Positions 26,380-39,596 of a DNA stretch of 64,000 nucleotides are shown here, piece after piece. The notes beneath the pieces were generated by a model, which was not told where the DNA came from, did no database searches, and saw only the letters and a list, made by a program, of their open reading frames with translations. Origin of the DNA: the human T2T-CHM13v2.0 reference genome, Homo sapiens. The translations under genes were made by a program, and so were the position numbers. The stretch lies in the NCBI RefSeq assembly GCF_009914755.1, contig NC_060937.1; one strand, 5' to 3'. Each line of letters starts with the position of its first letter. Positions within the stretch are counted from its first letter, which is position 1.

Positions 26380-27570
26380 ATTAAATTGATTTATTTATTA
26401 TATGACTATTCAGACAAATTCCACTTGGTCATGGACATTATAAAACTTTTTATATATTGCTGGATTTCATTTACCAATATTTGTTATGCCTTTTTGGGTT
26501 GATGTTCCTGAAGGATATTTGTGTGGTGTGTTCTTCTTATCTTGTAATGTCAATATCATATTTTTGTATTTGGGTAATTCTGCCTTCCTATAGCAAGTTG
26601 TTGAGGCTCTCATTCTCTTCTATTTTCTGAAAGTATGTATGTATATTAAGGTGATGTTATTTATGAAGGAAAAGTGTGATAGAATTCTTCCAGGAACATC
26701 ATCTGTGCCTGAAGATTTATTTGTGGGAACTTTTTTTAGTAGAAATTTATTTTTTTATTATAAAGAATGTTATTTATATTTTCCATCTTTCTTCTGTGTT
26801 AGTAAGAGAAGTTATTTTAGAATTTTTTCCATTTAATCTAAGTTGTCATTTTTTACATATAGTTCATGTTGTAAGAACTATACTATTGTTGATTTGCTTT
26901 TTCTCCTTTATTTTCCTAATCGACATTGCTTTGGATTGATTTATCAATTGTATTAATCTTTCTGAAGAACAAAATTTTGGCTTTTTTAACGTTCTGAAAT
27001 GTTCATCTATATATGATTGTTATTTTGTTTTTATTGTTTATTTTCTTTTACTTTCTAAATAATTTTATACAGTTTGTATTTCTAATATAGGTATTTAAGG
27101 CCATACATTTTCATCAAAACACTGCATTATTTTCATCTCACATATTTTGATATGCTGTAGCTTTATTAATATTGTTTGAAATATTCTACAACTTTTTATT
27201 TTAATTTATTTTTTGACATGAGTTATTTAGAAATGTTATACTTCATTCTCAAACATTTGGTAATTTTGTAGGTACATACTTTTTGATTTCTAATTTAATG
27301 CAATTTTAGTGAGAAAACTCAGTTAGTATATTTGAAATCCTTGACATTTATCATGAGTGTTTATTAGACAAGAATTTGTGTTTTAACTTGAACATTTAAC
27401 TTGGTAAATGTTCCTGCTGCACTCAAAATAACATATATTCTTGAGTTGTTTATTTAATAGATATCAAATATTAAATTTTGTTAAGCATATTGTCCAAATA
27501 TTTAACATCCTTAGTGATTTTCTGTTTATCATTCTATCAATTACTAAGAAAGGAGTGTTCAAACATTGGC
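26380..27570 (-). mobile_element. Ancient L1M ORF2 fragment
   Basis: ttccacttggtcatgg...tatattgctggatt...ccttcctatagcaagttg...ttctgaagaacaaaattttggc. Confidence 0.75.
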
Positions 27571-27899
27571 AGGGTTTATATGGGATTTATATGCTATTCT
27601 TTCAATGTTTATGTATGTTAACAATTTTTGTAATAAAATGTTTGAGTAAAAAGGAACGTTTCATTTCCTAAAATATCTAAATATGTTAATTTATAAGTTC
27701 ATTGATTTCCACACTTCTTAAAATAGCAAAACTTTGAAAAATAAAGAAACAAAAATCACCAGTACATAACAAGTAAAGATAGAGCTGAAAAACACAAGAT
27801 AAAGCAATGTCATGGTGGTGCCTGGGAGATTTTCAATTCATTAGTGGTAGATCAACAAATGATTGACTTGTGGTGCAATTTCCCAGAGCCTTTCTTGTA

Positions 27900-28120
27900 A
27901 CACTATATGATTAAAAAAAAACTATATAATGATGAAAACTGTCCATATGCTACCAAATATGGTAGTCATCAGCTACATGTGGCTGTTGTAATGTGGCTAG
28001 TTTGACATCAGAACTAAATTTTTAATTTAATTTGATTTAATTAACTGATGTTTAAACTGAAATAGCTATTTGTATCTAATGGCTATCATATGTGTCTACT
28101 AGCTATCATATTTGACATTA
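27900..28120 (+). mobile_element. MER3 (hAT-Charlie) DNA transposon
   Basis: atggtagtcatcagctacatgtggct...aatgtggctagt...gaactaaatttttaatt...aaatagcta. Confidence 0.7.
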
Positions 28121-30740
28121 GAGCTTATAGAGCTTTTATAGCATACTCTTTGCAATCACTGCACAAAATTATAGAGGTAATTTGAGTATTTTATTAGCCA
28201 GTTGTTATTTTATTGTATTTAATTAATGAATATTGTGATTACAAAACTGTGATCCAAATCATTATTATTTCTAAATTTTAGTTATTCTACATAGAATAGC
28301 TGAAGTTAAAACTTACATTATTTTTACTAAAAAACATATTATTATTACCTAATATAACAATGAGAAACTGTTTATTCTAAATATCTGAAGTTCTCATACA
28401 GGCTTTCATATTATTTTATGATGATTATCAAATAAAACCTGTGTATTTAATTTACATAATTTAATTTGTGATTTTCAAAAGGAAGTGTGTAGGTGGGAGA
28501 TCCTATGAGCTTCTGTTACTAATACATCCCTTGAATATCATTAACTGAGATTTATTTTCTGTTAATGTCTTCAGAGTTTGGAAGAAGCTAGGTATAGTGT
28601 TGCAATAGATTTTCATCTAAAATGTAATAAATACTTTTATCCTATATGTAATACAATGCAAAGAGCAAAAATGGCAAAATCATATAATGTACTTTAACCT
28701 TTTCTGCCTAACTTCCTGAGTGTCATAAATGCTTATATTTAAAACATTTTTATAATCAAAATTTATTGGAGTATAGCATTATAGTATTTTTAAATGGTCA
28801 ATTAATTTTTTTCTGCATATATTCTTTCTTATATTTAACCTTGTTTTGCGTCTCTTACACATTGTTATTTCAAAATGCTATTCTTTCTTTGAAAAGGGAG
28901 TATTTATTAATATGAACAAGGGCTTTGTCAATTATTATATATAAAAAAGAATGGATTTCTTAGAAATAAACTGTAGACTTCAGGACTCTTCATTGCATGA
29001 ACAATTTCTTTGCTTTATTTATATTATATTCTCTGTATACAGAATTTTGTATTTGAAATTTTACATTCTTTCACTTAAACAGTTTACACAGATTTTATAG
29101 TCTCCAGTCTCATAAAACCCTAGTACATAAACTAAAGAATAATTAATAGCTCATCTTTTTAATTATTAAGAATATATTTCTGAAATATCCACTATCTATT
29201 TTTATCATCAGGTTCAAAGACATGAAATGAGTACATTTAATTTAAAGAAAATTCACACCCATTTTGTTTAATTATAGAGAATGATTTCTAGAGATAAAAG
29301 TCTAAGTGTGTAAGTAAGTTTGTTACTTTCCTAAACCCTTTCTTTTCCTCATTCTGTTGTTTTTCTTCTGGTGAAAATTATAGGCTAACATAAAAACAAT
29401 TTGACACCTGTTAGCGAGAACGAGAACACTGTCAAGGTGAAAATAATTTTCTCATTTTTTTCTTAGAAGATAATCAAAGCTTAGGAGAATCATATATTCA
29501 TAGTTCTATAGAAAGAAAGAAATTTCAGATATAAATCACTAAACACTAAAAATAAAAATATTACCTTCCCCAAATGAGGCACAATTATTATCAAATTTAA
29601 AATAAAAAAATTAAATAATATTAAACACCCCAGTGATTTTGTAAATATGGTATTCTTTTGGTGTTGAAAATCATATGGCTATATATTTTTTCTTATGTGA
29701 TTATGTTTTCACACACACGTTAATAAATGTAAGTATACATATGCATTTAGTTTATACAGAAAATTAAATCAATATTCTCTATTTATATTATTAGCAATGA
29801 TTAAAAAAAAGAAAGTAGACTAGCTGGGAAAGTAGACTAGTAAGTAAGAAGATAAAAAAGGAAGATAGATTCTGCCAAATCATTTTTATAGAGTCATGAA
29901 TAAAATTCACGTAATTATGAAAATGTATCTGCAGTTTATTCAAATAAAATCAGCTAAATGGGAGAAGCTCTTCTTATTTTGTAAATGTACTGAGGCAACA
30001 GGAGTTTACCGTTATGTATTTTCAGTTGTTGGAAGTAGATGTACACTGGTCATTATGACTTTTATCTCAGAAACGTTTTAGTCTAATGTTACTGAAACCC
30101 AGGAAATGTTGTACATTTTGGGCCTTTCAACTATTGTACTGATGAAAGCAGCTCACTCACATTAGCATTTTTAATTTGACAGGGATTACAAAAACACTGG
30201 GTGCTCTTTAACTTTTGTCACAGCCATCTATTACATTAAGAACAAGTTGATTTTAATATTTGTCAAATTAAAGAGCATTGTATCAAGCTAACCTTGGGTG
30301 TTCATTTACATAATTGGCTCTCTGCTTGCTGTGTATTATGTGACACCCTCATTTGATTACTGTTCATTTTTCTGAAATTCCGAAGCAGCATCTAACATAA
30401 CCTGCATATTAATATTTCATTTTCATCAGGCCTTACTTTATGCAGTCAAGTTACAGCAAATGCTACCTTTTCATTAGTAAGCTTGTTATAAGTCTCTTGT
30501 TTCAGAGCTTTTAAAAAACAAAGTTCGATTCACATGTTTAACCTGTTCCATAATAGAAAAACATAACTGGACTCTAACTGTTTGTTTAAGTAAATAAAGG
30601 ATCCTCCTGCTGGGTTGGCCTTGAGAAAAATCTCTGAACTTGAGCAAGAAAAATGTAGTGCTTATTGGCCCCTATATCAGTCAACATTTTGTAATATAAA
30701 TAAAATAAAAATAAAATAAAATCTTAGTGACTTACAATAA

Positions 30741-31041
<301 letters not shown>

Positions 31042-31134
31042 GAATAACAAACTCTTAATTCTTTTTCTTAAATCTGCAGGTTGGCTGTGGCTTTCCACTG
31101 GGCTATGGATTTACAGTGAATACTTATAATATTA

Positions 31135-31699
31135 TGTTGCCTGGGCATCTATTTTGAGTATCAGATTGTCTTGTACCAGGAGCAGAACACAGACATCACT
31201 CACCAAATTTCCAGTTCTCAGCTCTCTCCCAGTTACTGAATGTGGTGAGTCCAGATATCTGCCCTCAATAAGGACTTCTTTGTGACCTCCCTATGGGACA
31301 TACAGACAGAGTCTTCTGGACTAGGCCCATTGATCACCACCGCGCTCCCCCCACCCCACCCCCTGCATGGACTGAAGACCATTGCTCAGTCACAGCAGTG
31401 TGACACTGGCAGACAGCCTATTGTCCACGTATCCAACATGATTCCCACACTGCTGTAACTGAACAATGGTCTCCAGTCCACGCAGGGAGCGGGAGAAGGG
31501 GCGGTGATCAATAGGCCTAGTGAATCCCATGTTGGACACTTGAGGAATAGGCTTTCTGCCAGGGTAAAGGAGTACACTGTGAAAGGCACACTGTAACATC
31601 CACAACCAAATCCTCTGAAGTCCTGTCAGGGCAGGCCGAGCGTTCATACACACTGTCAAGAGAGAGACCTCAAGCACAAATTACAGAGAAAGAAAACAA
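31135..31699 (+). mobile_element. MER73/MER74/MER54-group ERVL LTR with an internal inverted duplication
   Basis: 3' end tgtgaaaggcacactgtaacatcc...gtcagggcagg...gagagagacctcaagcacaaatta resembles the MER74 group. Confidence 0.6.
31320..31562. repeat. Interlocked inverted repeats A-B'-A'-B
   Basis: 31320-31402 is the imperfect reverse complement of 31446-31521; 31406-31444 is the imperfect reverse complement of 31522-31562. Confidence 0.92.
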
Positions 31700-31774
31700 T
31701 CTGGCTTAAATCTGCTCCATCTGTCTCTCTTTTTAGGCTCCAGACTATAAAGCGGTGAGTGAGTATTTGGGCAC

Positions 31775-32238
31775 TGTGATGATTAATTTTATATGTCAAT
31801 TTCCATGCGCCATGGGGTGTCCCCCAAATAAGACATGTATAGGTGTGCCTGTGAAGGTGATTCCTGATGAAATTAGCGTTTGAATTCGTGGACTCAAGGA
31901 ACTTCACTCTCCCCAGGGGAGGGGTGGGGATCATCCAGCCCATTGAGAGCCTCAATAGAACAAAAAGGTGAAGGAAGGATAAATTTGCTATTTTTGTCTT
32001 CTGCCTGTTTGCCTCATAAGGACATAGGTTTTCACCTGCTTTTAGTCTGGGATTTACACTTTTGCCTACCATGGTTCTCAGGCCTTCCTGCTTGTACTAA
32101 ATTGAACCACACTGACTTTCCTGGGAGTCCCAATTGCAGATGACAGATTGTGGGACTTAGCCTCCATAACTGCATGATTAAATTATTCAAAATAAATATT
32201 TTTTGGTTCTCTTTCTCTGGAGAACCTCAACTAATATA
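31775..32238 (+). mobile_element. MLT2B-like ERVL LTR
   Basis: tgtgatgattaattttatatgtcaa...cagattgtgggactt...tctctggagaacctcaactaatata. Confidence 0.88.
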
Positions 32239-34674
32239 GATATGTTCCTTTTGTGGTGAAGGACAGGGTACTGAAAGCGTAATCCAAAACATCTTAAGCA
32301 CATTTGAAGCCTCTACTCAGATATTAATTAAGTCAAAGCAGCTAACATCCATTGCCAAAGTACTCATGGTCAAGGATGAAATGCAGACTTTTCATTGACA
32401 AGAAAAGGGAGACTGAATATTTATTGAAAAATAATATAACTTGTCCCAATCCTTCAAGGAAATGTTTCAATTTGCTAGGCAATTCACACCTGCAAACTCA
32501 CTTGATCCTCAAAGCAACACTGATAGACAGATTTTTGTTTGTTCATTTATTTTTCTTATACAGGTTATGAAAGTAAGTAAAGCACACCAACAAGAGTGAA
32601 CATTTATAAGACTGAATTGTTTACTGAGCAAAGGTTGGAATGTAGACCTATTTAATCCAAAAGCCTTTTAGGATTATAGCCTAGAATGGCTTTCTTCCAT
32701 CTACCCCACTCATTACATTACTATCTCTCATTATATAAGCTCAATTTTTAAAAATTGAAACACTGCTATAGACAAAGTATTATTTTTTTGTGTTTCTGCC
32801 TTTCTTCCTGCAATTCAAGCCACAATTTTCTCTACAATGCATATTTACTTGTTCTGAATGAAGTATTTCTAAGAAAATATCTAGTTACTTTAGTTCTAGG
32901 AGAATTCATAGTAATAACATTTTTGCTCTCAAATAATGTCTCTACGAAGCCAAAGTGGGATGGAGATGTGAGAAAAGAAGATAAACTTATAGCAAGTCTA
33001 TATGAAAAATGTGGAATAAAATGACTCCCTACAACATTCAAATGTCAAGATTGTCTATAAATTTCTATGTCTTGTTAATTACCAAATCCCAAGATCAGCA
33101 CCAAAGCATTGTGATGCTTTGTAAATATCTGAAATTAACACATACCAGGGAAAACTCTTTCCTCTGAGAGAACAGCTGAGGAAATCAGGTTGACAAGACG
33201 CTGAAGGCAAGAGAATACCTAATTCTACAAAGCTGCTAAAAAATAAATACTTCAGTTTTGTATATGTATTGAATTTTCAGTGTCCAATCTAAACTCTTAT
33301 TTTTAAAAAACATTGATTATAGTGACAAATAATATTCTGTAGACATTTGAAAAATAAAAACATATCCATCTGAACTTGGGTATACATACCACCACCACTT
33401 TAGTATGCATTCACACACATTATTTCCATGAACATTTTCCCTTTTTCTTCACATTATCTCTCCCCAATAATCTCAGGATAGAAGGCTGATGTAGCAAACA
33501 GTACTAGATATGCCCATATAAATTTAATAAAGAAGATCTATAAATTTATGTCTCATTGATTTGAATTATAGGCTTGTTGTTTTTAATAGATTACTACATT
33601 CATAAATATAAACACTTGGTAATTTTCTTCATAGTGTTTTTTGTGCTTTAGATGATACATTGTGGTTCATCACAAAATGCAACTGTTTTAAATGGGATAA
33701 ATTATTTGTTGTATGTAAAAGAAGCTGATTCCGCCAGATAAAGCAGAAAAGGAGCCAAGAGTTCAGAATAGCAAGAAATGCTAGGTTTGAGCCTAGGCTT
33801 CCCCAACTGCTCTAAAAAAAATAGCTCTGGTTTGGATAGAAAAGAACTGCTGCTTCTAAGAAACTCTAGATGACACTCTCTGCCACTCAAAAGTCTGTAG
33901 TCAACTCCAACCTACAGGTCGTTACTACTGTCCCTGAAACAATTATCTTCTTTTTTTGATTAGTAACTCTTAATTCAATAAAAGAAGCTATGCATATATT
34001 TCTGGTACAAGGGAGGCAGAGTTAGTGATCACCACCATTTCTAGCTCTTCTGGCAGGGGGCGGGGGGTGTCAGCCAAGCAGCACTCGTAAAGATGGTAGT
34101 TCCACAACATAATCGTTAAATAAATGACAAATTTTTGTTACATCATAGTAGGTCTAGCCAGTCATCATTGATCAGTAATTTTTAAAGATTTTTTTCACCT
34201 GTATGAGTTAAAAAATAAAAAGGTTCATTCAGTTTGATTAAGCACAAATATTTTGTCTGCAATGTGTATAGATGTTACCCATTAAGATAATTTGTTAGCA
34301 TTCAAGCTATTTAAAAAATGAATAAAACCCATGGAAAATTATTCCATTGGTTGTAATTAAACATGGTGCATATAGGTAGACTAAAATAAGTTTTCTACAT
34401 ATGTGTAGAAAGGTTTTTTGTGTTCTTGGAAAAGATATAGCACACACGTGGCTACAGTGAAAGTTTAACTTACAAGTGCTGAATTTACATACTGAAGGCC
34501 CAAATATCTACATGGAAGCGGCAAATAAAATACTATATTACTTGAAATAAAACTCAAGCTATTGGCAAAATAATGTAATGGTAGAATCTGAAATTTAGTG
34601 ACAAAATCAATTGTAATAAAATTCAAAATTGTCAGCATTTGCAGAACTATAGTGGTAAACATAATTGTATTTTT

Positions 34675-35268
34675 CCTTATATAAAGTTTTGGTGCTGCAA
34701 AAGAAATAGCACTTGAATATAAAATTTTCTTTTTAATTCTCAGGAAGGCAAGGTACTTCTATGGAAGGGTGTGCTCTCACAGATGGAGCAATGGTGAGTG
34801 CACACTTGGACAAGGGAGGGGGAGGGGTTCTTATCTGCAACACATGTGGCCCCTGCTGCTGTGTCATTCCCCTATTGGCTAGGGTAAAACCCCACAGGCT
34901 AAACTCTAATTCTGTTTGGCTAATTTAAAAAGAGTGACTGGGGTGGGTGCTTTGGTGGGGAAAAAATAATTGGTTATGCAGGGTGGAGAATGAGTCAGGG
35001 TGGAGCAGGTAGCAGGTAATCTGAATGAGTCAGGGTGGAGCAGGTGATCCGAATGAGTCAGGGTGGAGCAGGTGATCAGAATGAGTCAGGGTGGAGCAGG
35101 TGATCAGAAAGATTCAGGGTGGAGTAGGTAATCAGAATGAGTCAGGGTGGAGTAGGTAATCGAAAAAGGTTGCTTTGCGAGGGAGTTAAGTTTAAAAGTA
35201 GACGGCAAAGAATTGAACACACTGACATATTGATTCTTTGAAGAGAAATTCAGAACTTACATCTAACA
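34675..35268 (-). mobile_element. LTR10F, 3' LTR of a HERV-IP10 provirus
   Basis: Minus strand begins tgttagatgtaagttctgaatttctcttcaaagaatcaatatgtcag; polypurine tract (aagaggagggat) adjoins at 35269-35280; contains the 28-bp repeat. Confidence 0.88.
34988..35162. promoter_or_regulatory. 28-bp tandem repeat carrying AP-1 motifs (TGAGTCA)
   Basis: Intact TGAGTCA at 34991, 35026, 35054, 35082 and 35138; degenerate AGATTCA at 35110. Function is inferred. Confidence 0.8.
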
Positions 35269-35288
35269 ATCCCTCCTCTTGCATTTTC

Positions 35289-37085
35289 CTACAGATTTTT
35301 CTCTTCAAACTTTTTAAACATGTCTTGGCTTAGTTCTTCTGCTTGATTTTCCAAAAGAACAAGCTTCTTTGGATAAGGTGAAGGATAGTTAAGGGAGGTT
35401 TTAGTAAGTGCCATTCCTATGAGCCTCTGTACCAACCCATGGATGCATGATGTGACATAGCACCTGATAAGAATAAGTACACCCATTACGACTGCAAGGG
35501 AAGTAAGAATTGAGGCTATTATTCTTTTCCGTTTACCGAACCACTTTTCTAGCCATTCTGTAAAAGGGATCATTTACCCCTGAGTTGTTGGCTAACTCAT
35601 TGGACAGAGCAGCTAGACCTTGCAATGCCTTTGTTATACTTCCATTAGGGGCGGTGTTGTTTGGGATGAGGGTGCAACATTGAGTTTTAATCATGATGCA
35701 AACTCCTCCTCTTTCTGCTAATATCATGTTTAAGGCTGTCCTATTTTCCCAAGCCCTCTGGCTAGTAGCCCTAATTGTTCAGCTATTCCTTTAACAGCAT
35801 CTCCAGTGTAGTTAATAAATCACTGTTGGTTGTAGTAGATGTGGTTTATTCCATCTATATTTTTATTAATTTTCACCTACCAAAATATTGACTCAAATCC
35901 TGCAGCTATTTGATTTTGGGCTTTAAATTGATATGGTATTCCCCGTGGGACTCCAATTGCGTCTAAATAGAGATGAGAGTCGAAAGACCCATAAGGGGCT
36001 TCTCTCACTTTATGATGTCTTATTTTTCCTTCCTCTGGTTGATGAAATGCCAGGGTGAGAGGCAAGGGATAGCCAATTGGACTAAAACACAAGTGCCACG
36101 CCAGTTATTTGGCAGAGTGTCCAGTAAAGGTCCACCACAATACCACCACACATCCACTCAGGGATGAACAAGGGCTGACTGATTGATAAGATCTAGAAAA
36201 TTCTTAAGCTCACTGCATCCCTTCAGGTCTCCAAGGAATGCTAAGTTTCCTCCCTGTCATGAGAGAGATACGAAGTGAACTTAGTGTCGGGAGACAGAAG
36301 CTGGATGGCCCTCAGGGGCTGACCCGCAGGGTGCCGGACTTCAAGATATAGCAGACAGAGAGTGTGGCACGACTTGTTACCCCAGGCTGTAGAATCCTGG
36401 AAAACAGTTACCATGCAATCCACCCCCAATCGACTGGAGGACAACCCTAGTGGAAAGGGGACTATCTGGGCCTCTGGCCTGCCATGCGCACAAGCATAAC
36501 AATTGCTTTTGTTTAACATGCAGATGGAATATTTGATCCATTCCAACCAGGCGCTTGCATCTTGGTGTCCTGTCTTAATTGCCAAAGGTTTGTTTTAAGT
36601 CTTTAACTTCTAAGATATTTATCTTGGTCTTGTCGTTAGATGGATGAGGAGCAATTGTTTCATTGTGAGAGGTTTTGGAAGAAGGCATAGAGGAAGTTGC
36701 AGCTGGTGGGGGAATCAAAGAAATGCATTTCAAAGCATCTAATAGGGTTTGTCCCTGAAACCTCAGCCCCTACACCATAAAGCTGGCTTAAAGAAGGGAA
36801 CTGCCTTAGAAAAGGGGAAGAACTTCGAGGGTTTGAGATAATAACCTGTGTAGAATTACACTGGTTTAGCTGACAGTTAGTGGGGATGGCTGTCCCTTTA
36901 GTAAAATGAATGAATGGTTTTAGGAAATTACAAAAACTGGTTGGGGAAGTCCATTCTTGCCCTTTAGTGGTCCACAGAACGTTGGACCAATTACAGCATA
37001 AAAGCTCTACTTCGGGGGTGCCAAGACTCCTGGCTGACACTGGGGTCTTTATCGAAATCTCCCTGGTTAAATGGTCCCAATTCAC
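35289..37085 (-). pseudogene. env: ERV envelope, frameshifted
   Basis: SU fragments (NKSNCYACAHGRPEAQIVPFPLG), cleavage-site-like RHHKVR, immunosuppressive domain WENRTALNMILAERGGVC, CX6CC (CIMIKTQCC) and TM IIASILTSLAVVMGVLILI, spread over several frames. Confidence 0.88.
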
Positions 37086-38639
37086 TAATGCCCAGTCTGA
37101 GGAGAGTCAGGAGGGACAGAGGGGCTTTTCTGAAGTAGAGAGCTGTCTTTGACTTGGCAAGTCCCTACAGGGTGTAACAAGGCAACCATTAAATGCAATA
37201 GTTTGAGGCAAAATTGACTTGGTTATGTTAATAACTAGGTGGTCAGCAATAGAGCAAGGAAAGAAGAAAGTAATAGAATCGGTGAAAGAGTTAAATTTTT
37301 CTTAGCTTTAGTTTGGTAGGATTTTCCCCTGGGACTATGACCCACGACTCTGGAGGGGGTGGCACTTTCTTGACTTGGGTGTGATGAGTCCCTCCCCTTC
37401 CCCTGTATAAACAGCAGTCTCAGTGGTTAGCAGCACAAGGTAGGGTCCTTCTCAGGCTGGCTCGAGTTTTCCTTCTTTTCACCCTTTGATGAGAACATGA
37501 TCCTTAGGCTGGTGCTGGTTTACCAGAAAATCAAGTGGTAGTACCTGTGCTAAAAGACTTTTAGTTTTGAGGGAAAGGAAAGTGGAGGATAAACCAAGTA
37601 TATGATTTCTAAGAAATTGACCTTTTGTTTTAAATGTGGGGACATCAGCAGTGAACTTTATAGTCCTTGGTGCCTTCTTACTGAGAAATTTCCTTTAGAA
37701 CCTATTATTATTAGTTTTTAGACCAAAGAAAGCCAAACACCATTTTATATTTGACAATGCTTCTTGTATGATTTTTATACGAAATAAGCTAAATTTCACC
37801 TTTATATTAGTGGGTCATTAATGTTAAACTTAATTTTAATAAAACCTTGTAGATATATTTATCCAATTTTTAATGTCTGACCATAAGGTAAGATTTTTAT
37901 AGACTTTTTTTAACCTTTTATAATTTTCATTAAAGAGAAGATTAGTGCTTTAAGAAAAATCTGTTGTGCTTTTAACGTTCAGTTCGCAGAAAAACTGGAT
38001 GATACCCCTTTAAATGTAGCCAATATGTTTACACACAGAATTTCCTTCACAATTAACGTTTTAAAACTTGCTTAAAACTTTAAAACAAAATATATATTTT
38101 AACCTTTTAATGTATGTAAAAATCCACATATGCCTCCTTATAATCCTTTTACCAAAACTATATTTTACTTTCCTTACACATCTTGCACATAAACTGTTTC
38201 TTCAATAGTTTTACCTTCAGGATGCCTAATTACTTTTAAATTATACAACATTTCTTGCATAAATTTCCTTTTATAACTTTTTTTTCACGACTTTCACAGA
38301 CAATTCTTCGACATGCCTCAACTTTCTGACTTGTTGCAAACGTCCCTTTTTTAAAACAACGAGTTAATTTATTTTAGGACAAGAATTTACCATATAACAT
38401 CCCTTTTTATCTAAATTCTGCCCCCCCCTTTTTTTTCCAAGATAATTACCATTCTTTTCCAAACTGAACTTCCTTCATGTCTGTGGACTAGACTGTCTAA
38501 GGCCACGAGATTAGAAGTTAGGATAATACGTGTTACACTGTTAACTTTTAGCAAACTTTAGTTTTGTTGAAAACCTTGTAAGTTTTGGATTTCAATTTTT
38601 CTTTACTACTAATAAGACCTTGTTTAGTCCAAATTAACT

Positions 38640-38830
38640 TAGAATTGGTATAGATGGTTTCTTCCTGGTTCTGTAAGTACTTTAAAGCTTGGCTGAGTGA
38701 ACATAGCTCGCACGTTTGAGCAGACCAGTTATCAGGCAATTTTCCTAACTCTGCTTCTTCAAGAGTTTCCTTATCACTTACTGAATACCCATTGTGTCTT
38801 TTTCCCCTCAATCACCCGGGAGGAACCATC
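38640..38830 (-). pseudogene. pol: ERV pol RNase H fragment
   Basis: ORF 38548-38811 contains SAQTCEL and IYTNSK, matching RNase H SAQxxEL and IYTDS motifs. Confidence 0.75.
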
Positions 38831-39231
38831 TATTGTCCTATCCTGAAGGGAGTTCCTCCTAGGTCTGGTCCAACCTTTGTATAGTAATTAAGATTTAGAT
38901 CCCCTGTTAGGAAACCTGCTGGGTTAAGGGAATTTTTATTGGTTAATGTTGAATCATTTTTTTTTTTAACAGAATAGCCTCATACTTTCTTCTGTTAGCA
39001 AAGCAGTTGTTGCTACAGATTGAATGTACTTGGGTCATCTGCAGGTTACTGGGTTAAGGATTTTTGATAGTAAGGGTACAGGTTGTCAGTGGCCTAAGAG
39101 CTTTGGGGCTACACCCTTGTTTACACTGACAACAAGGTGGTATTGGAGTGTTATAGGGTCACAGACAAGACCTTCAATTATCAATTATAGGTTTAAAATT
39201 TACCCTGGCTTTTAAAGGAATAGGGTACACT

Positions 39232-39470
39232 TTTTTTTCTTTACTACTTCTCTCTTTCTCTTTCTTTCTCTGACTTCATGTCTCTCTGTCTTGTTGACTT
39301 CCTCTTTTCTGTCTCTTCCTCTCTCTCTTTCCTTTCTCCCTCTTTACCCTCTCTCTTTTTCCTTTCTCTCTCTCTCTTCTGTCTGTCTCTCTCTCTCTCT
39401 TTTTCCTTTCTGCTTGTCTTTCCCTGCCTCTGTCAGTCTCATTACACTGTTCTCCCCTCTCCTTCCCCTT
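39232..39470. repeat. CT-rich polypyrimidine tract
   Basis: (CT)n/(CTTT)n/(CTGT)n low complexity within the ERV. Confidence 0.85.
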
Positions 39471-39596
39471 TTACCCTGGAAACTAAAAATTCCTCTGAGG
39501 AGGAGAAACATTAGATGAGGGGAAACAAACAGAGTGAGCAGCCCCTGAATTGACTAAAAAGGTGATAAGCTCATGTTTTCTTTTTTTAAGGCTGAC

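Larger units (their letters stand above)
35269..39578 (-). mobile_element. HERV-IP10 (HERVIP10FH-like) internal region, 5'-truncated
   Basis: env remnants, RNase H remnant (GKRHNGYSV...WSAQTCELCSL...IYTNSK), protease remnant (HELITFLVNSGAA) and an AT-rich tract where much of pol is expected. Confidence 0.82.

Noticed and set aside
34988-35162. CRISPR-like regular repeats
   Set aside because: Contiguous tandem units without unique spacers, inside a primate LTR.
35289-37085. Intact or domesticated env gene
   Set aside because: Broken into at least five ORF pieces by frameshifts and stops.
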